From a virus (taxonomy: Duplodnaviria; Caudoviricetes), in the IMG/VR virus record IMGVR_UViG_3300042296_000383, positions 660-64,659 of that record: a DNA stretch of 64,000 bases. One strand, 5' to 3'. The position numbers and the translations under genes were made by a program. Of this stretch, positions 23,901-33,700 are shown one piece after another (within the stretch, counting starts at the first letter, position 1; every line of letters begins with the position of its first letter). The notes beneath the pieces are model-generated. The model searched no databases. It was not told where the DNA came from and saw only the letters and a program-made list of their open reading frames with translations.

Positions 23901-26788
23901 AACGCAGGAGGAAGTGATCCGGAAAATCCACTCTCAACAACAGCGCTCATGTTCCACCCCGCGTTGAGTACCTCCCTTCCTACAACACCGTTGACAGCGT
24001 TGTTCACCGTTTGGTTCAATAACTCGGATGCGGACTCTTCCAGAAATTCTGGGGCAGCCTCGTTGAATATACTCTTAACGTACTGTGGAGCCCAAGCGGT
24101 CAGCCCATCCTCAAACCCTTTCTCTCTGATCAGGCTGCCTAAGCTATACCTCTGCGTAGGCTTGAAGACATCTATCTCGTTGAATAAGCTCTCGCCTATT
24201 CCATTCATGACGCCCACTATGTTAGCTACCACGCCAGCTTCTTGAGTGCTCATGCCGCTCTTTAGTGCCTGCCTGTAGGCGTCGCCTTGACCCATAAGGT
24301 AACCCTGCATAAAGCCGGAGGTGACCTGAGCCGCCTTCATCATCTTCGCTCCGCCGCTCAATCCCTTCACGGCAAGGCCGCCCACGCCACCAAACAATAT
24401 GCTTGTCGCGTAAGCACCAAAAGCCTCAGCCGTCTTATTCATGAAATTAAAGGCTGAGCTACCCTCTGTTATGTCAGTGCCTCCCTTTGATAGCCTAGTA
24501 TTCACGTCAGTGCTCCAGTCGTATAAGCTCTCAGCAAAAGCGTCCGCGCCACCTAACGCCTCAAAGGTTACCTTTGGAGCCTGAGCTATACTAAAAATTG
24601 AAGTCGCTAGTGCCGTTCCCATGGTGTCAAACAATGCACCTGCCTTCTCCCCGTAAGTCCCTTCCTTTGCTATCCTGTTTCTTTCTGCCTTTGATTTCTC
24701 GTAGGCATCCTTTTCTATTTTAGATTTTAAATAGTCCTTATCTATAAACTCGTACGCCAGCTTAGACTGACCAAGGGAAGTGTAGGTATTATTTAAACTG
24801 TTTAGCTTGTCTTCGGTAACGCCTGTGGTCTGCTGTATCTTATCATAATCTTTTGTCAGCGTGTTGTACTGCTCGTAAAGCACTTGAAGTTTCTTACTGT
24901 TCACTCCCGGTATAACGTTACCGTTCTCGTCGAATATAGAAGAGTACCTTGACTGGATCTCTTTAGCTTTCTCTGATGCTATGTTGTACTGATCAATAAG
25001 TTCTTGAACCTTTACCGCCTCGGTCGGATTAAGGTCCTGCCTCATCGATCCGTCCTGCGCCATGAATGGTTTGAGTTGCGCCTCAATAGCTTGTAGCCCT
25101 TGATTCACAGGAGTCATCTCGTCCTTGTACTTGTTGTACTTGACTATGTTCTCGTCTCCAGAAATGTTCAACAGCTTTGACTGGTCCTTGATCTGCTTCT
25201 CCACATTCTTCATGTCGTATAGCGTACGCTGACCGTCGAGCTGGAATGTTCTCATGTCCATGCTAGACTCAATATCACGAGCCGCCTTTAAATCACTAAG
25301 CTGTCTAAACTGTAGCGCCTCTTTTGTAAAAGAACTTGCGAACTCTTCCTCCTCAAATGACAAAGGCTGGCCGTTGTTTCTCTTGTAATCTATCTCGTCC
25401 ATTCGACTCTTGTACTGAGAATATCTTGACGGGTTAGTCCCGTTAAGGTACATCATAAAGTCGCTCTCTAATATTCTGAACGCCCTGTCAACCTTGCCCT
25501 CTGCTCTTAGCTCAGATATAAGACCACCTCCCTTCTTCTCCGACTCAAGCAATAGCTCGTCGAGGTTTATATTTTTAAATGCATTGGGCGCATACTTTTG
25601 GTATTCGGCAACCTCCTGCATTTTTTTAGAGTGCATGTCACGCATAGCCTGAACAGACATGCCCCTAACTACTGGAGAGTCTGGGTTTAGATTTATTTCA
25701 GACGCCAGCTTAGACCTCTCCTGTATCTTTGCTATATCAAATTGAGAATACAAATCTTGAACGTCTACAAACTCTCCGGGTTTTTTAGGCGCATGATACA
25801 TGTCCTTACCAAAATCTGGTATGATTGTAGGTGAATAAGTACCCTCATTAATTTCTTTTAAACTTTTTTCAGCAAAATCTAATTCCTGTTTAGCTTCCGA
25901 CAAACGATCTTGTGCACCATCCTCACCAGCTTTCATCATAGACTCTGCAAGCGCAACCTTTTTTTCCGCTTCTGAAATCTTTTCCGAGAACACATACCTA
26001 CCTACCGCCTCTTGCTCAGGATCCATTCCTATTTTTCGCGCTTGACTTGGATCAATGTATGACATCTGCTTGTTAGCAAGTTCAAACATTTTTGAATACA
26101 TCTTATCTAGCTGATCCTTCTTTTGAAATAAAGGGATCTCGGACTCTTCAATCTTACGAATTTGAGATTGCAGCTTCATCAACTCCGGGTCGATAGAAGC
26201 TACCTTTGCAATTACATCACCTTTAACATTTTTTAATCCGTCAACTATTTTCTTATTCATCTCAAGGTACATGTCGCGCATTGACACTTTTGATCCTTGA
26301 CCATCGATAATTTCCGGCTGCTTCGTTACCTTGCTAGCACCTGTATTAGAAGAAGCGAAGTCTTTACTAGCACGGGCAACCGCCTGCTGAGACTTCTTTA
26401 ACTTTATTAGCTCCTGATTTTCTTGTGGAGTTAGAAAGTTACTGTTAGTCTTCAGCGCGCTCTCGTACTTAGACTGTAGTCGGTCGATCTCTTGCTGTAC
26501 AGGATCACTTGTTGCGCCACTCTTCTCTGAAGGCACGGGCTGCTGCGCTGATACTGCGCTTCCATCTTCCCCACCACTGCCCAAGGGTGAGGCGGTCTGC
26601 TTTCCCAAGCCTAGCAAAGCGGAGTAGTCATCAATACTGTCGGCGTACCCGTCCTTTTTAAACAGGCCGTAGCTGTAGTCAAGAGCTTTTTTATCTGTTG
26701 ATACTAGCGCCTTAAAATCATCAAGGCTACCATTATACCCGTCCTTGGTGAATAACCCGTGGGCATACTTTAACGCTTCTTCGTTCAT
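20942..26788 (-). CDS. Giant polyvalent protein A (1948 aa) with zincin metallopeptidase
   Basis: GIYLN...APHEFVH...EEF (HExxH); duplicated N-terminal motif ALxYxxGLFxKDGY; C-terminal Cys module. Confidence 0.75.
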   Translation of the reverse strand: MNEEALKYAHGLFTKDGYNGSLDDFKALVSTDKKALDYSYGLFKKDGYADSIDDYSALLGLGKQTASPLGSGGEDGSAVSAQQPVPSEKSGATSDPVQQEIDRLQSKYESALKTNSNFLTPQENQELIKLKKSQQAVARASKDFASSNTGASKVTKQPEIIDGQGSKVSMRDMYLEMNKKIVDGLKNVKGDVIAKVASIDPELMKLQSQIRKIEESEIPLFQKKDQLDKMYSKMFELANKQMSYIDPSQARKIGMDPEQEAVGRYVFSEKISEAEKKVALAESMMKAGEDGAQDRLSEAKQELDFAEKSLKEINEGTYSPTIIPDFGKDMYHAPKKPGEFVDVQDLYSQFDIAKIQERSKLASEINLNPDSPVVRGMSVQAMRDMHSKKMQEVAEYQKYAPNAFKNINLDELLLESEKKGGGLISELRAEGKVDRAFRILESDFMMYLNGTNPSRYSQYKSRMDEIDYKRNNGQPLSFEEEEFASSFTKEALQFRQLSDLKAARDIESSMDMRTFQLDGQRTLYDMKNVEKQIKDQSKLLNISGDENIVKYNKYKDEMTPVNQGLQAIEAQLKPFMAQDGSMRQDLNPTEAVKVQELIDQYNIASEKAKEIQSRYSSIFDENGNVIPGVNSKKLQVLYEQYNTLTKDYDKIQQTTGVTEDKLNSLNNTYTSLGQSKLAYEFIDKDYLKSKIEKDAYEKSKAERNRIAKEGTYGEKAGALFDTMGTALATSIFSIAQAPKVTFEALGGADAFAESLYDWSTDVNTRLSKGGTDITEGSSAFNFMNKTAEAFGAYATSILFGGVGGLAVKGLSGGAKMMKAAQVTSGFMQGYLMGQGDAYRQALKSGMSTQEAGVVANIVGVMNGIGESLFNEIDVFKPTQRYSLGSLIREKGFEDGLTAWAPQYVKSIFNEAAPEFLEESASELLNQTVNNAVNGVVGREVLNAGWNMSAVVESGFSGSLPPAFLGVMKFGINYRTPQEQATLRNMGENGADIQVDWANSGATVEEMKDLGELTNLAKELNNIPSYAELTGDNKDRVFNLLQLKKSIVDARKETGLLPLDKEDIDNIDKEVMSIYEEDKIIKETATQESAEGAVVENGVVNEVVVGNEIINNENNTVEQRDFMAQMLNPTLFEGVGVFANELGGSGINSVISNHNIVNGIDVVEFSNPNTGVVDVVTSGVSDHDFVGFYRLYEDGKPTNKWSSKFENQSRNKGNFKTMISEVQARLPEGHEYTEKTSISTDGLRVWEQQLSRGYDLQYDENGKLKTNRVAINGDAIVNELGIDVKAGDFDVIEVKNNQEFDIVRQALTPYMESLGLSSSNIYWRNGTVEIDLPILTRGNKAAITETVADALSVEENKVLNERVSSPVRTVALEGIDVAYNGMKGTMKMSDGKMVDNVGDIIPEGNYVFVPKGTNNRAGRKGIVVVGSQEDIDSNAEFVNTESNPSWAPDQNNVANMKLPNGDTLSIMDENLSGNMGLKYESKEFNVEQPNLKTDDTKNKQGVPGGVGGQQAPIQDQSNQGTGTEAATTGGVVQGTQEVDFDGAPAITIEEETDNAAAYDDAMASVVEFDDTLEGDDLDTATAFVQSGATPEEAVRIVRDEKEAMEQASQPATTLTLAPAQQIVVETTTTRPGEYTPSRRTELKNKYKGKPGMATLEYLDKAARAFRKTFSKDTPVFVFETAREMHDALVAQGRNKDFDPRENGAFAYDEDGNVNGIYLNMENADAATAPHEFVHNVLLEVFGQDPEVYIKFRDKILEMFKGSNIDRLKKWAEESYNEESSPEEFITELTAQLAVTDKELELPTTLVDKFKDIMNSVFQSVTGMNVFSDRATKKDVVEFINAMASGLAAGRAIDLQAGKRLAKERAKELAKSKPVSRAKVREQSRKSASQIAAVDAAQASAMSVDDRIMAGRLRDQIAATNPDLDFIMDNFDKIERAMVKEGKLKVNCEL

Positions 26789-26797
26789 TATAACCTG

Positions 26798-28177
26798 TTA
26801 TTTTTGTTTATTAAACGTTGATGCTCCACCAGTGGACGCGCCAAATGATGTGATCCACTTATCAAACTCTTGTTGAACAGACGCAGGGAACGCGACCTTG
26901 TTCTCTGGGGACATCGGCATGTATATGTCCTCGGCCTCGTGAAACTCCACAACGTACTGGCCGTTGTCTTCTTTCAACGACGCAGCAACGTCGCCTGCTT
27001 GCTTCTGACTTTCTAAAAATGCCGAAGCTCCTGACTCATCCTCTTTTTTAAATACTCTCTGGGTAGTCCTTGAGCTGAACTTCTTTGCCTTGATCCTTCC
27101 AAACACTTGCCCGTTAGGACCCTCTGCCGCGTAGAACCCTATCGGCACAACCTGTTCAGCCTGTCCCTTGTCTGGTTTCAAGGTGATAGGTGTGTAGTCC
27201 ACCTTCTTCTTGCCCACTATATTTTTAATACCCATAAAGTTCTTTGGAGAAACCTTAAGCCCCGGGTACGCGCCCTTATCGGTGATGTCAGCAAAGTCCC
27301 ATGTGGTGCCTTCCTCTGTGCCCTGACCGTAGTTAACGTAGGTGCTGCTTCCTTCTTTACCAGACTCTTTATTAGTTACCTGTCCAAATCCCATAGCCAC
27401 CTCGGTGTAGTAGTCGACAAACTTATCTGGGCTATCCCAAGCCCCTGCCTTGACCCCTTCCGCGTACACGTCGTCCCACTGGTTATCCTGTGGGTTGAGC
27501 AAGGTCTTCTCTATAAGGCCCTTTACATCACCACGGTTGAGCGCTCCCGTTTCTTGAAACGTACCGTTACCTGTCGCTACTTTGGTTATCTCTTCCTTTA
27601 ATCCAAGATCCTTGATATACTTAACAGGATCAAACAGCTCCTGGTAAGGGTTGTTGTTGTAGAAATAATTCTTTCTATCCTTCAATGTAGTCTGCTGCGC
27701 GTACCCCTTGTTGAACTCCACGAGGGCGTCCGGGTTGTACTTGGTAGGGTCGGCGGCCACCTTCGCTGTCATCTGCGAGTAGTTATCTTCTAGCTGCTTG
27801 CCCTCGTTTGATAGCATCTTCAGCTTCATTATGATCGGGGCTGCCTGCGCCTTGAACTCCGCGCTGTCGGGGTCTAGCCCGCGTGCTGCGGCGTCCGCCA
27901 TGATCTCGCTGAACGCCTCGACCTGCTCTGTGATCTCCGCCTGATTGGAGTAGTACACCTCAGCCGGCACGATATCCTCGAACTTGAACTTGGCCCACTT
28001 AGCCTTGTTCTCCAGCGCATCCTTCTTGGCGAGCGCGCGTTGCTGCTGCTCAAGGGTGATGAGGTTAGTCATGAACGCGTTCGGGTCGAACGTGCTCTGG
28101 TCTAACACCACCGCGTATCCGCTATTCCTTTCTGGGGCTATCCCTATGGCAGGGGCGTTTGGTATTCCTAGTTCCAT
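26798..28177 (-). CDS. Putative internal virion/ejection protein (459 aa)
   Basis: Position between the tail stabiliser and the giant proteins; helical N-terminal half. Confidence 0.55.
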   Translation of the reverse strand: MELGIPNAPAIGIAPERNSGYAVVLDQSTFDPNAFMTNLITLEQQQRALAKKDALENKAKWAKFKFEDIVPAEVYYSNQAEITEQVEAFSEIMADAAARGLDPDSAEFKAQAAPIIMKLKMLSNEGKQLEDNYSQMTAKVAADPTKYNPDALVEFNKGYAQQTTLKDRKNYFYNNNPYQELFDPVKYIKDLGLKEEITKVATGNGTFQETGALNRGDVKGLIEKTLLNPQDNQWDDVYAEGVKAGAWDSPDKFVDYYTEVAMGFGQVTNKESGKEGSSTYVNYGQGTEEGTTWDFADITDKGAYPGLKVSPKNFMGIKNIVGKKKVDYTPITLKPDKGQAEQVVPIGFYAAEGPNGQVFGRIKAKKFSSRTTQRVFKKEDESGASAFLESQKQAGDVAASLKEDNGQYVVEFHEAEDIYMPMSPENKVAFPASVQQEFDKWITSFGASTGGASTFNKQK

Positions 28178-30657
28178 TATTTATTACCTCCAATATAATT
28201 ACCTTCGTCGTCTACTATATCCGCGTACAAGTCGGGGTACTTTTCTTTCAACGCTTTAAGTTTAGGTTTCATTTTATTCTTAACACCTTGTAAACTACCC
28301 ACAGGATGAGTCGCCATTTCTAACCATTTCTTTTCGTCTTCACTTAGGTCTTCTTTGAGTAAAAATTCAATCGCATTCTTTTGGTCTTTAGGTGACAAGC
28401 TCGTTCCTCTCTTCTCGTTTAAATCATCAATATCTTTGAAATATCCGTCTTGGTCTATTAAATCACCCAACATAGGTATAGCAAACCACGCAGGGCTATG
28501 TGCAGACGTTGATGAATAACATTTACCTGCTTTACAATCTTCGGAGTTATTATAGTTATTTACAGCAGCACGCCAATCCACAACGCCATTTACCATAGGT
28601 AGGGGAACTTCTTTAGTGTATGGTTCAAAGCGTCTAGTTTGTCCCGGCGTGTTGCCTACCATCTGTTCTCCAATGTAAGTCATTGTCACCTCTCCATTTG
28701 CTGACCCCGAAGTATTCTCGGCAGATTTGTTTGTATTAAAGTATTCAGGAAACTCTTTGGCTAAAGTGTTTGTGTTTGTGTTTTTAGAACTCATTCTATC
28801 ATTACCAACTAATAACCTTCCCAACTCCTCTGTTGTGAAGCCTATCTTTTTTAACTTATCTAAAGCCTTTGTGTCTAACGAACCGTTTCTTTTCCAATTA
28901 CTATGATAAACACTTCCTAAATCTTCTAATACCCGAATAGGGTCTTCGGGATGTACAAGATTCCCATACTTGTCTGTATAAGCAATTTCACTTTCGCTTG
29001 CCTTTTTAGCTACTGTTGGGTCATAGTCTTGTACCGTCCATTTACCTTTAGAGTCTTTTACCCACTCGTACTTTTCATTACCATTATCATCTCTTTCTAT
29101 AGTCAACCCTGAAAAGTCGCGCAAAAGAAGAGGGTCGACAGGACCTTCTGATTTAAACTTGTCCATGTTTACTATCAAGTCGTGAAGCTCTTGGTATGCT
29201 AACTCTCTATTTTTCATAGGGTCTGTTGAGACAGCGTTTTGCTCCGCAAACTTTTGAAGTGATGGTGAAGACTTAATGATAGAGGCTGGCAGACGAGAGA
29301 TCATAAGACTTGTCGCCTCAAGCGGCGTGATCTTTTTAATCTCTGGTGCTGGAGGGACTGCTGGCGCTGTAGCCTCTGGGGCTACAACAGGCTCAGTGCT
29401 CGGAGCTGCCGCTGCTGCCGCCGCCACATCCTGTGCCTGCATCTGATCCTTGGTGTAATCACCAGCTTGTATAGCGCCGGCCTGAAAAGCCTGCATAGTC
29501 TGCTGTGCCTGAGCAAAGCCCGGGCTTACAATAGCTGGAGCGGGAGCTGCTGGAGCGGGTGCGGGAGCTGCTGGCGCTGGCTGAGACGGGATCACAGCCG
29601 TAGGCTGAACTTGCGCCGGTGTTGGCATAGCCGTAGGCTGAACTGGTGCTGTATTTGAAACGACAGGAGGCGTGACATTTAGTGCACCTACACCCCCGCT
29701 GTTAGTCGTTCCAACCATAAAAGAATTTCTGCCAGTTATCTGACTTACAACATTATTGAAAGGCTGCTGGTTAATCAACGGCGACTCGGTCAAGCCGTCG
29801 GTAACCCCCGGTATATTGTTAAACATGATGCCGGTATTCTCTCCGGTATTACTTATCACGTTAGCGTCTCCCATCATCGGGACAAATTGATTTGGCTTGC
29901 TTGTAATTCCCAAATTCGGAACAAACGAGCTGTATCTGCTGATCGAGTTGTTGAACTGTGGCTGGCCGTACTTATTAAACCCTTGAAAATTAGGATTAAG
30001 TTTACTTATAAAATTAGGATCAGCGTTTGTTGGACTTGTTGCTTGGGCTACCTTGTTAGTGCCCGTGCCCGTGCCCGTATCAAACATACCAAGACTCTTC
30101 ATCATGAGAGCGTTCGCGCCCACACCGGCAAGACCCTTGACCGCCTGATAGGCGTTAATCTTCCCAGCCTCCGCAAGAGCAGACGCTGCCTGTGCCTCCT
30201 CGGCATAGGGCTGGTACACGTTAGTCATCCACTGCTTCTCCTCGTAGGCGCCCTTGTTCATCAAGGCCTGTGATGCCATGGCGTTGCGCTGCTGGTAGTC
30301 CTGAGCTGCCGCTAACGCCATCTGATTCTGCGCGCCCATCTGGCTTCCGTAAACACCGGCCATTGCGGCTAGTGCCTCAGGACCCGACGTCGCGTTCTGG
30401 TTAATATTGTATAAGGCGTTCGATGACGCCTGGTCTATAGACTGCTGATAGGCGTCCTGCCCGGGCATCTGGAACGAGCTGGCCGCGTTGACCATTCTCT
30501 GCGTGCCCTGGAGTACACTCTGTGGAATCTCGTATGTTGGGCGCTCCAAACCGTCGAGCATCTGACGAGCTTTTCTGCCCTGTATGACACCCTGAACCCC
30601 TTGCACCACTGCGGGTACAGCAGACATTGCTGTTATTGCTGCTAATCCTACTGGCAT
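28177..30657 (-). CDS. Putative ejection/pilot protein (826 aa) with Pro/Ala linker and AT-rich C-terminal domain
   Basis: Hydrophobic N-terminus and A/Q/G-rich segment typical of podovirus pilot proteins. Confidence 0.55.
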   Translation of the reverse strand: MPVGLAAITAMSAVPAVVQGVQGVIQGRKARQMLDGLERPTYEIPQSVLQGTQRMVNAASSFQMPGQDAYQQSIDQASSNALYNINQNATSGPEALAAMAGVYGSQMGAQNQMALAAAQDYQQRNAMASQALMNKGAYEEKQWMTNVYQPYAEEAQAASALAEAGKINAYQAVKGLAGVGANALMMKSLGMFDTGTGTGTNKVAQATSPTNADPNFISKLNPNFQGFNKYGQPQFNNSISRYSSFVPNLGITSKPNQFVPMMGDANVISNTGENTGIMFNNIPGVTDGLTESPLINQQPFNNVVSQITGRNSFMVGTTNSGGVGALNVTPPVVSNTAPVQPTAMPTPAQVQPTAVIPSQPAPAAPAPAPAAPAPAIVSPGFAQAQQTMQAFQAGAIQAGDYTKDQMQAQDVAAAAAAAPSTEPVVAPEATAPAVPPAPEIKKITPLEATSLMISRLPASIIKSSPSLQKFAEQNAVSTDPMKNRELAYQELHDLIVNMDKFKSEGPVDPLLLRDFSGLTIERDDNGNEKYEWVKDSKGKWTVQDYDPTVAKKASESEIAYTDKYGNLVHPEDPIRVLEDLGSVYHSNWKRNGSLDTKALDKLKKIGFTTEELGRLLVGNDRMSSKNTNTNTLAKEFPEYFNTNKSAENTSGSANGEVTMTYIGEQMVGNTPGQTRRFEPYTKEVPLPMVNGVVDWRAAVNNYNNSEDCKAGKCYSSTSAHSPAWFAIPMLGDLIDQDGYFKDIDDLNEKRGTSLSPKDQKNAIEFLLKEDLSEDEKKWLEMATHPVGSLQGVKNKMKPKLKALKEKYPDLYADIVDDEGNYIGGNK

Positions 30658-30723
30658 AGTTAATATATTTAATTACAAATGTAGTAAAAACATATCAAAA
30701 GTAAGGGCAAGAACGCATCTCTT

Positions 30724-33700
30724 TTATTCAGTCGCCTCGCTCGGCACGTAGTTCACCCTGGCGCTGATCACCACCACCTTGTCGGCGGGTGAGTCGTAGC
30801 TTACCGTGTGCGCTGCCACGTACCCTCTCATCTCCTTGCCGTTAAGTCTCGCCAAGTCTACCGTTGCAAGGTATGGTATGTCGACGTTCTCGTCAAGCTC
30901 ATCCCTCTGGTACTCTGCCCACACGCCGTTCTCGTAATTCTCAAACAATGTCGAGTCAATAGTCGTCGCCATGGCCGAGTAGTTCAGACCAGTCGGGACG
31001 TTCACGTACACTGTAGGCACGGCGTTAGCGCGTAGTCCCATAGCAAGCGGTCTCTTGACCAATAACGGGGAGTGATTGAACATGAACTCAAAGTCAAACG
31101 GGTACTGAACGCCGAAGAAGTTACACTGAGGACCCTCATTGCACACGTACATGTCAGCGTCCGATGTGAACTCTACGCTGTAAGCTCCCAAGTTCTCCGC
31201 CCAGTCCGGCCTGTACTGAAGGAAAGACTTCCACCTCCCCTCGCCGTAGTTGAACGCCGCACCGAAAGAGGTCTCGCCGTCCGATATCCAGAACTTGTAC
31301 TCCGCGTTGAACTCGTCCACCGCGCTCACGGAACTCCATGCTGTAGGCCCGCCAAACGTGCCTATGAAATTAGTTAGGTTTGTGGTGTACTTGTTGAACT
31401 TAAACTTCTCCCCGGAAATGTCCTGCTGGCCGTTGTTGATCGACATCACAAACATGCCGGAGTTGTAGTCGTAGTAGAACAGCTGGCCATCCACCACCCT
31501 CACGCTGCCCGGGTGTACCGTCCCGTACAAGCTGTCGTAAGGGTTGACACCACCGAACGTGCGGTCGGTGTAGCTCACGTTCTGCCCGCCGTCACCGCCG
31601 ACTGCCATTGTCCTCTGTATGTAGACGCTGGTCTCCTTTCTAGCCTGTATAACCTTGAGGGTGTAGCCGTTGATTATGATACGGTATATCTGACCGAACT
31701 CCTCGCTCATGTCCTGCTTGTTCAGCAGGTTAAAGTCGAAGCTGCATATGTTATTGTTGTTGCTGTTGTCGATGTAAGCGCCCCCGTGTATAAGCGACAC
31801 AAGCTCCCTCCTCCTGAACTTAGTGTCCTGTATGCCCACCCTTCCGTAGTCGCTCCAGTTACTGATGTAGTAATCGGAGACCGACGGGTCCTCGACGTAG
31901 TACCTCCACAGCCAGAAGTTATCCGGCAGCTTGTTGGAGATCCTTGGTCGTACATACACGTCGCCAAAATCTAACTCCAAGGTAGCGGGCGTGTCCTCTG
32001 TCTGGTTAGTATTAAACGTGTAGACAAGGTATGTAAGTCCTGGTGACGGGTCAAATACAGTTATTGTACTCTCATCAGCGATAGGGTCATAAGCAACAAA
32101 GCTGACCTGCACTATAAATGATAGCCCAACAGCCGGTGTAAACGTTATGGTGTAGTTACTGCCCGAGTCGGTGAGAACTGATAGATCCCCGCCCACAACA
32201 AAATCAAAACCGCCAGGGGCTGGGCTAGATATAACATTCTTTTCTAGGTACAAGTCACCCTCGTGGTACCTGTTCGCTGTGTACGGGTTCAGGATGTTCT
32301 TAATCATCCCGATCTCAAACCAAGGCTCGTTGATTGCGTCCTTTCTCGGGGTGTATATTTCAATTAAAAAAGCCTGATAGTTACCTATCATTCCATATTC
32401 AAATTGAGTAACCCATATCGCTTCCGCTCCGTCTTGGCCACCTGCCGCATCATACGACTGGACCTCTACCTCTATATAATTATTTACATACGCGGGTAAT
32501 GTATCAATACCATCCACTGATGTATTAACAAATCTTACAATATCCCCCTTCTGCGGGGTGTGGTTGACGTTCGCTTGGAACGCGCTCTCGTAATAATTAT
32601 CAAGGCTCAGTTTCCATAACTGAGGATTCTGAACATCAAGCTCTAATAGGGTTACGGTCCGGTACTGGAAATTTAAAACTTCGGTAGTTTTCCTGGCTAG
32701 TATCTGGTAGTACCTAGCCCAGCTTGGAGGCTCATGCTTCACATACATGCGTGGAGATACCCAGTACGGTGAGTGTGTGTCTGCAAACTTTAAAGCGATC
32801 TCTGACCCGTCCTGTGATGGGTACGGCACATATATGGTTGCCGTGTCAGATGTTAAAACGCCACCGCTTCTCATTCCCCTGTCATAGTACTGTATTCCAA
32901 ATTCGTGAGTCGCCCCTTTCTTTAATGATTTTTTTGGATCAGTTAATGGAAGAGCGCTTATAGTTGTTATATCTTGCGTTCCAAGAGGAGGATCAGTTTG
33001 AAGACGATAATATGTAGGTCCAAGAACTATAGTACAAGTATATCCTAAGGGCGTTAAATAGGATGACAGTTCCGTACAAATAGCTAATGTTAAATTTATT
33101 TGTGCGTCTAATACTGATAGCCCAATTGTAGCTTGCAATATTTCCTCAGTGACTGTAAAATTAAAAGCAAACAAACTTCCGTTATTTATGGTAACGTCGT
33201 GAGTAAGATTAAAAGATAAAACATCATTTGGCTGAAATGGATAAATTACAGCTGAATCAAAACCAACTAAAAAAAGACTTGTTGTAGAAGCAGGAACAAA
33301 TACAACAGCATATTCAATAGTTGATTTTTTAATTGTAGTCCCCCTAATCTCATGAAGCACCCTAGCCCCGTCTAAGTTAATTTCGATGGGGTCGTAACCC
33401 TCAACGAACTGGCCGTAGCACAGCTGCTTTGTCGGCAGCAACTCCATCCAGTTTGCCACCTGCGGCACGCGGTCATAGTTCCTCAGCCCCTCAGCAAGTG
33501 TGATGGGTATGAGCGCGTTAAGCCCGTTGAACACCACCTCGTGTGTGGTGTCGTCGGCGATACCCTCGAGTGACTTGTCAAGCTCGGTGAATATACCGAA
33601 CTGTCCGATGTTCCCAGACCTCACAGCCACACGTAACTTCTTAACCATGAAGCTACCAGTCGGCACCTCAAGCGTTATGATGTTCTCCTCCAACGAGTCC

